A stretch of DNA of 64,000 bases from positions 29,810-93,809 of the forward strand of contig UQML01000005.1 of the NCBI GenBank assembly GCA_900542265.1, written 5' to 3'. The stretch's first letter is position 1. Each line of letters opens with the position of its first letter. The notes beneath the pieces were generated by a model that had not been told where the DNA came from, did no database searches, and worked only from the letters and a program-made list of their open reading frames with translations. The position numbers were made by a program, and so were the translations under genes. Below, piece after piece: positions 63,059 to 64,000 of this stretch. The DNA is from an uncultured Eggerthella sp. Its GTDB lineage: Bacteria > Actinomycetota > Coriobacteriia > Coriobacteriales > Eggerthellaceae.

Positions 63059-64000
63059 TTAGTTCAGAAAGCTCGATCCACTCTTCTTCATGAGCCGATA
63101 GACTCTTTTTTAGTTGTGCATGTTCTGCAATCACATCACTTGAGGCTTCTTCGTTGGTATAAAACGATGGGTCAGCAAGCAATGCCATGACTTCTTCCAT
63201 ACGTGCTGTTTCTTGTGCGATGAGTTTATCGAGTTCCTGCACACGTTTACGCTGCGTTTTTAATGCAGCGTATGCTTTGTTACGTGCTTGCGCCTCACGA
63301 CGCTTTTGTTCTTTGGTTTTAGGTGCTGAGCCTTTTGTTTCTCCTTTTTGTTGTTCTCTCTGCACCGATGATGTACTTATATGATCTGCCTCATTTTGCT
63401 TTACTTGTTTGAGAGTTCGTGACGTTTGCGCTTTGTCACGCGCCTGGGCTTCCTCATCAGTCTGACCACTCTTGTAAAGATAATAGTCATAATCCCCCTC
63501 ATAAGCCGTAACAGAACCAGGCTTAATTTCAATAATTTTGTTAGCAACCGAGCGAATCAAATGACGATCATGCGAGATCAATACGATAGTACCCTCGAAT
63601 TGTTTAAGTGCTTGCTCCAAAATATCAGCGCTCGCAATATCAAGATGATTAGTTGGCTCATCAAGACAGAGCAAAGGACTTGGAGCAACAAGCATTTTTG
63701 CAAGCGCTAAGCGGCATTTCTCCCCACCTGATAAAACGCTAACTTTTTTGTCAACATCATCGGCTGTAAATAAAAATGACCCCAACAGCGTTCTTACTTG
63801 AGAAATTGACCAGCCAGGCGCCACCCTATCAAGCTCTTCAAAGACGGTATTGCCAGGGTGAAGTTCTTCAAGTTGATGCTGAGCAAAATAGGTTTTACTC
63901 ACATGCACACCATACTTAATCTCTCCTGCATCCGGCGCCAACACACCAGCAATCATTTTCATGAGCGTTGATTTACCCGCGCCATTAGGACCAACCAAAG
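63027..64000 (-). CDS. ABC-F family ATPase (Uup/EttA/YheS-like), C-terminal half only. The gene continues past the window end.
   Basis: Second ABC cassette ([12 protein letters not shown]...[12 protein letters not shown]...[12 protein letters not shown]) and a C-terminal coiled-coil/basic tail. The reading frame is open at position 64000. Confidence 0.85.
   Translation of the reverse strand, partial: LVGPNGAGKSTLMKMIAGVLAPDAGEIKYGVHVSKTYFAQHQLEELHPGNTVFEELDRVAPGWSISQVRTLLGSFLFTADDVDKKVSVLSGGEKCRLALAKMLVAPSPLLCLDEPTNHLDIASADILEQALKQFEGTIVLISHDRHLIRSVANKIIEIKPGSVTAYEGDYDYYLYKSGQTDEEAQARDKAQTSRTLKQVKQNEADHISTSSVQREQQKGETKGSAPKTKEQKRREAQARNKAYAALKTQRKRVQELDKLIAQETARMEEVMALLADPSFYTNEEASSDVIAEHAQLKKSLSAHEEEWIELSELIENETKKYAQ

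Overview
This 64 kb window is a core chromosomal segment of a low-to-moderate-GC actinobacterium, judged from synteny alone: rpsA-(mnmA)-coaE-uvrB, rplS-rnhB-yraN-comM-dprA-xerC, Nif3/COG1579 pair, ilvDBNC. The exact taxon cannot be resolved from the sequence; a single clpP between tig and clpX argues against a Bifidobacteriaceae-style clpP1P2 arrangement. I support about 63 protein-coding genes, three tRNAs (Gln-CTG and Glu-CTC in tandem behind a near-consensus sigma70-like promoter; Leu-TAG just upstream of tig) and several intrinsic terminators. Almost all genes run on the minus strand, often with overlapping stop/start codons: secA (5' part), aroE, uvrB, coaE, mnmA, rpsA, serC, a family-III CoA transferase, ilvC-ilvN-ilvB-ilvD, punA-like PNP, prmC, prfA, trxB, trxA, thrS, valS, clpX, clpP, tig, uvrA, xerC, trmFO, dprA, comM, yraN, rnhB, rplS, azlCD, dgt-like, COG1579 Zn-ribbon, Nif3, PHP phosphatase, cysteine desulfurase, rpe, ogt, gpsA, plsY, der, ispH, plsC, cmk, aroA, tyrA, rluB, scpB, scpA, an M50 peptidase, trmL and a truncated ABC-F ATPase. 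I found no CRISPR array, transposase, phage gene or integrative element. The points worth a second look are: (1) mnmA has no ATG/GTG/TTG between the upstream stop and its PP-loop motif; ATA sits where ATG is expected, 20 nt behind the rpsA stop. (2) A LysR-type regulator divergent from the ilv operon carries an in-frame TAA at the invariant Gln of the SQS motif. Both lesions are C-to-T changes on the plus strand. (3) The only plus-strand block (17.1-19.7 kb) is AT-rich, gene-poor and contains strong orphan hairpins. (4) Several AT-rich lineage-specific genes: an orphan SARP-family regulator, a PLDc_N/double-zinc-ribbon membrane protein, a membrane-anchored acidic protein coupled to uvrA, and an orphan CoA transferase. 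(5) Non-ATG starts on core genes (rpsA TTG; tig, prmC, rnhB GTG). I could not support an obviously new multi-gene system from the sequence alone; the candidates are listed with explicit tests.
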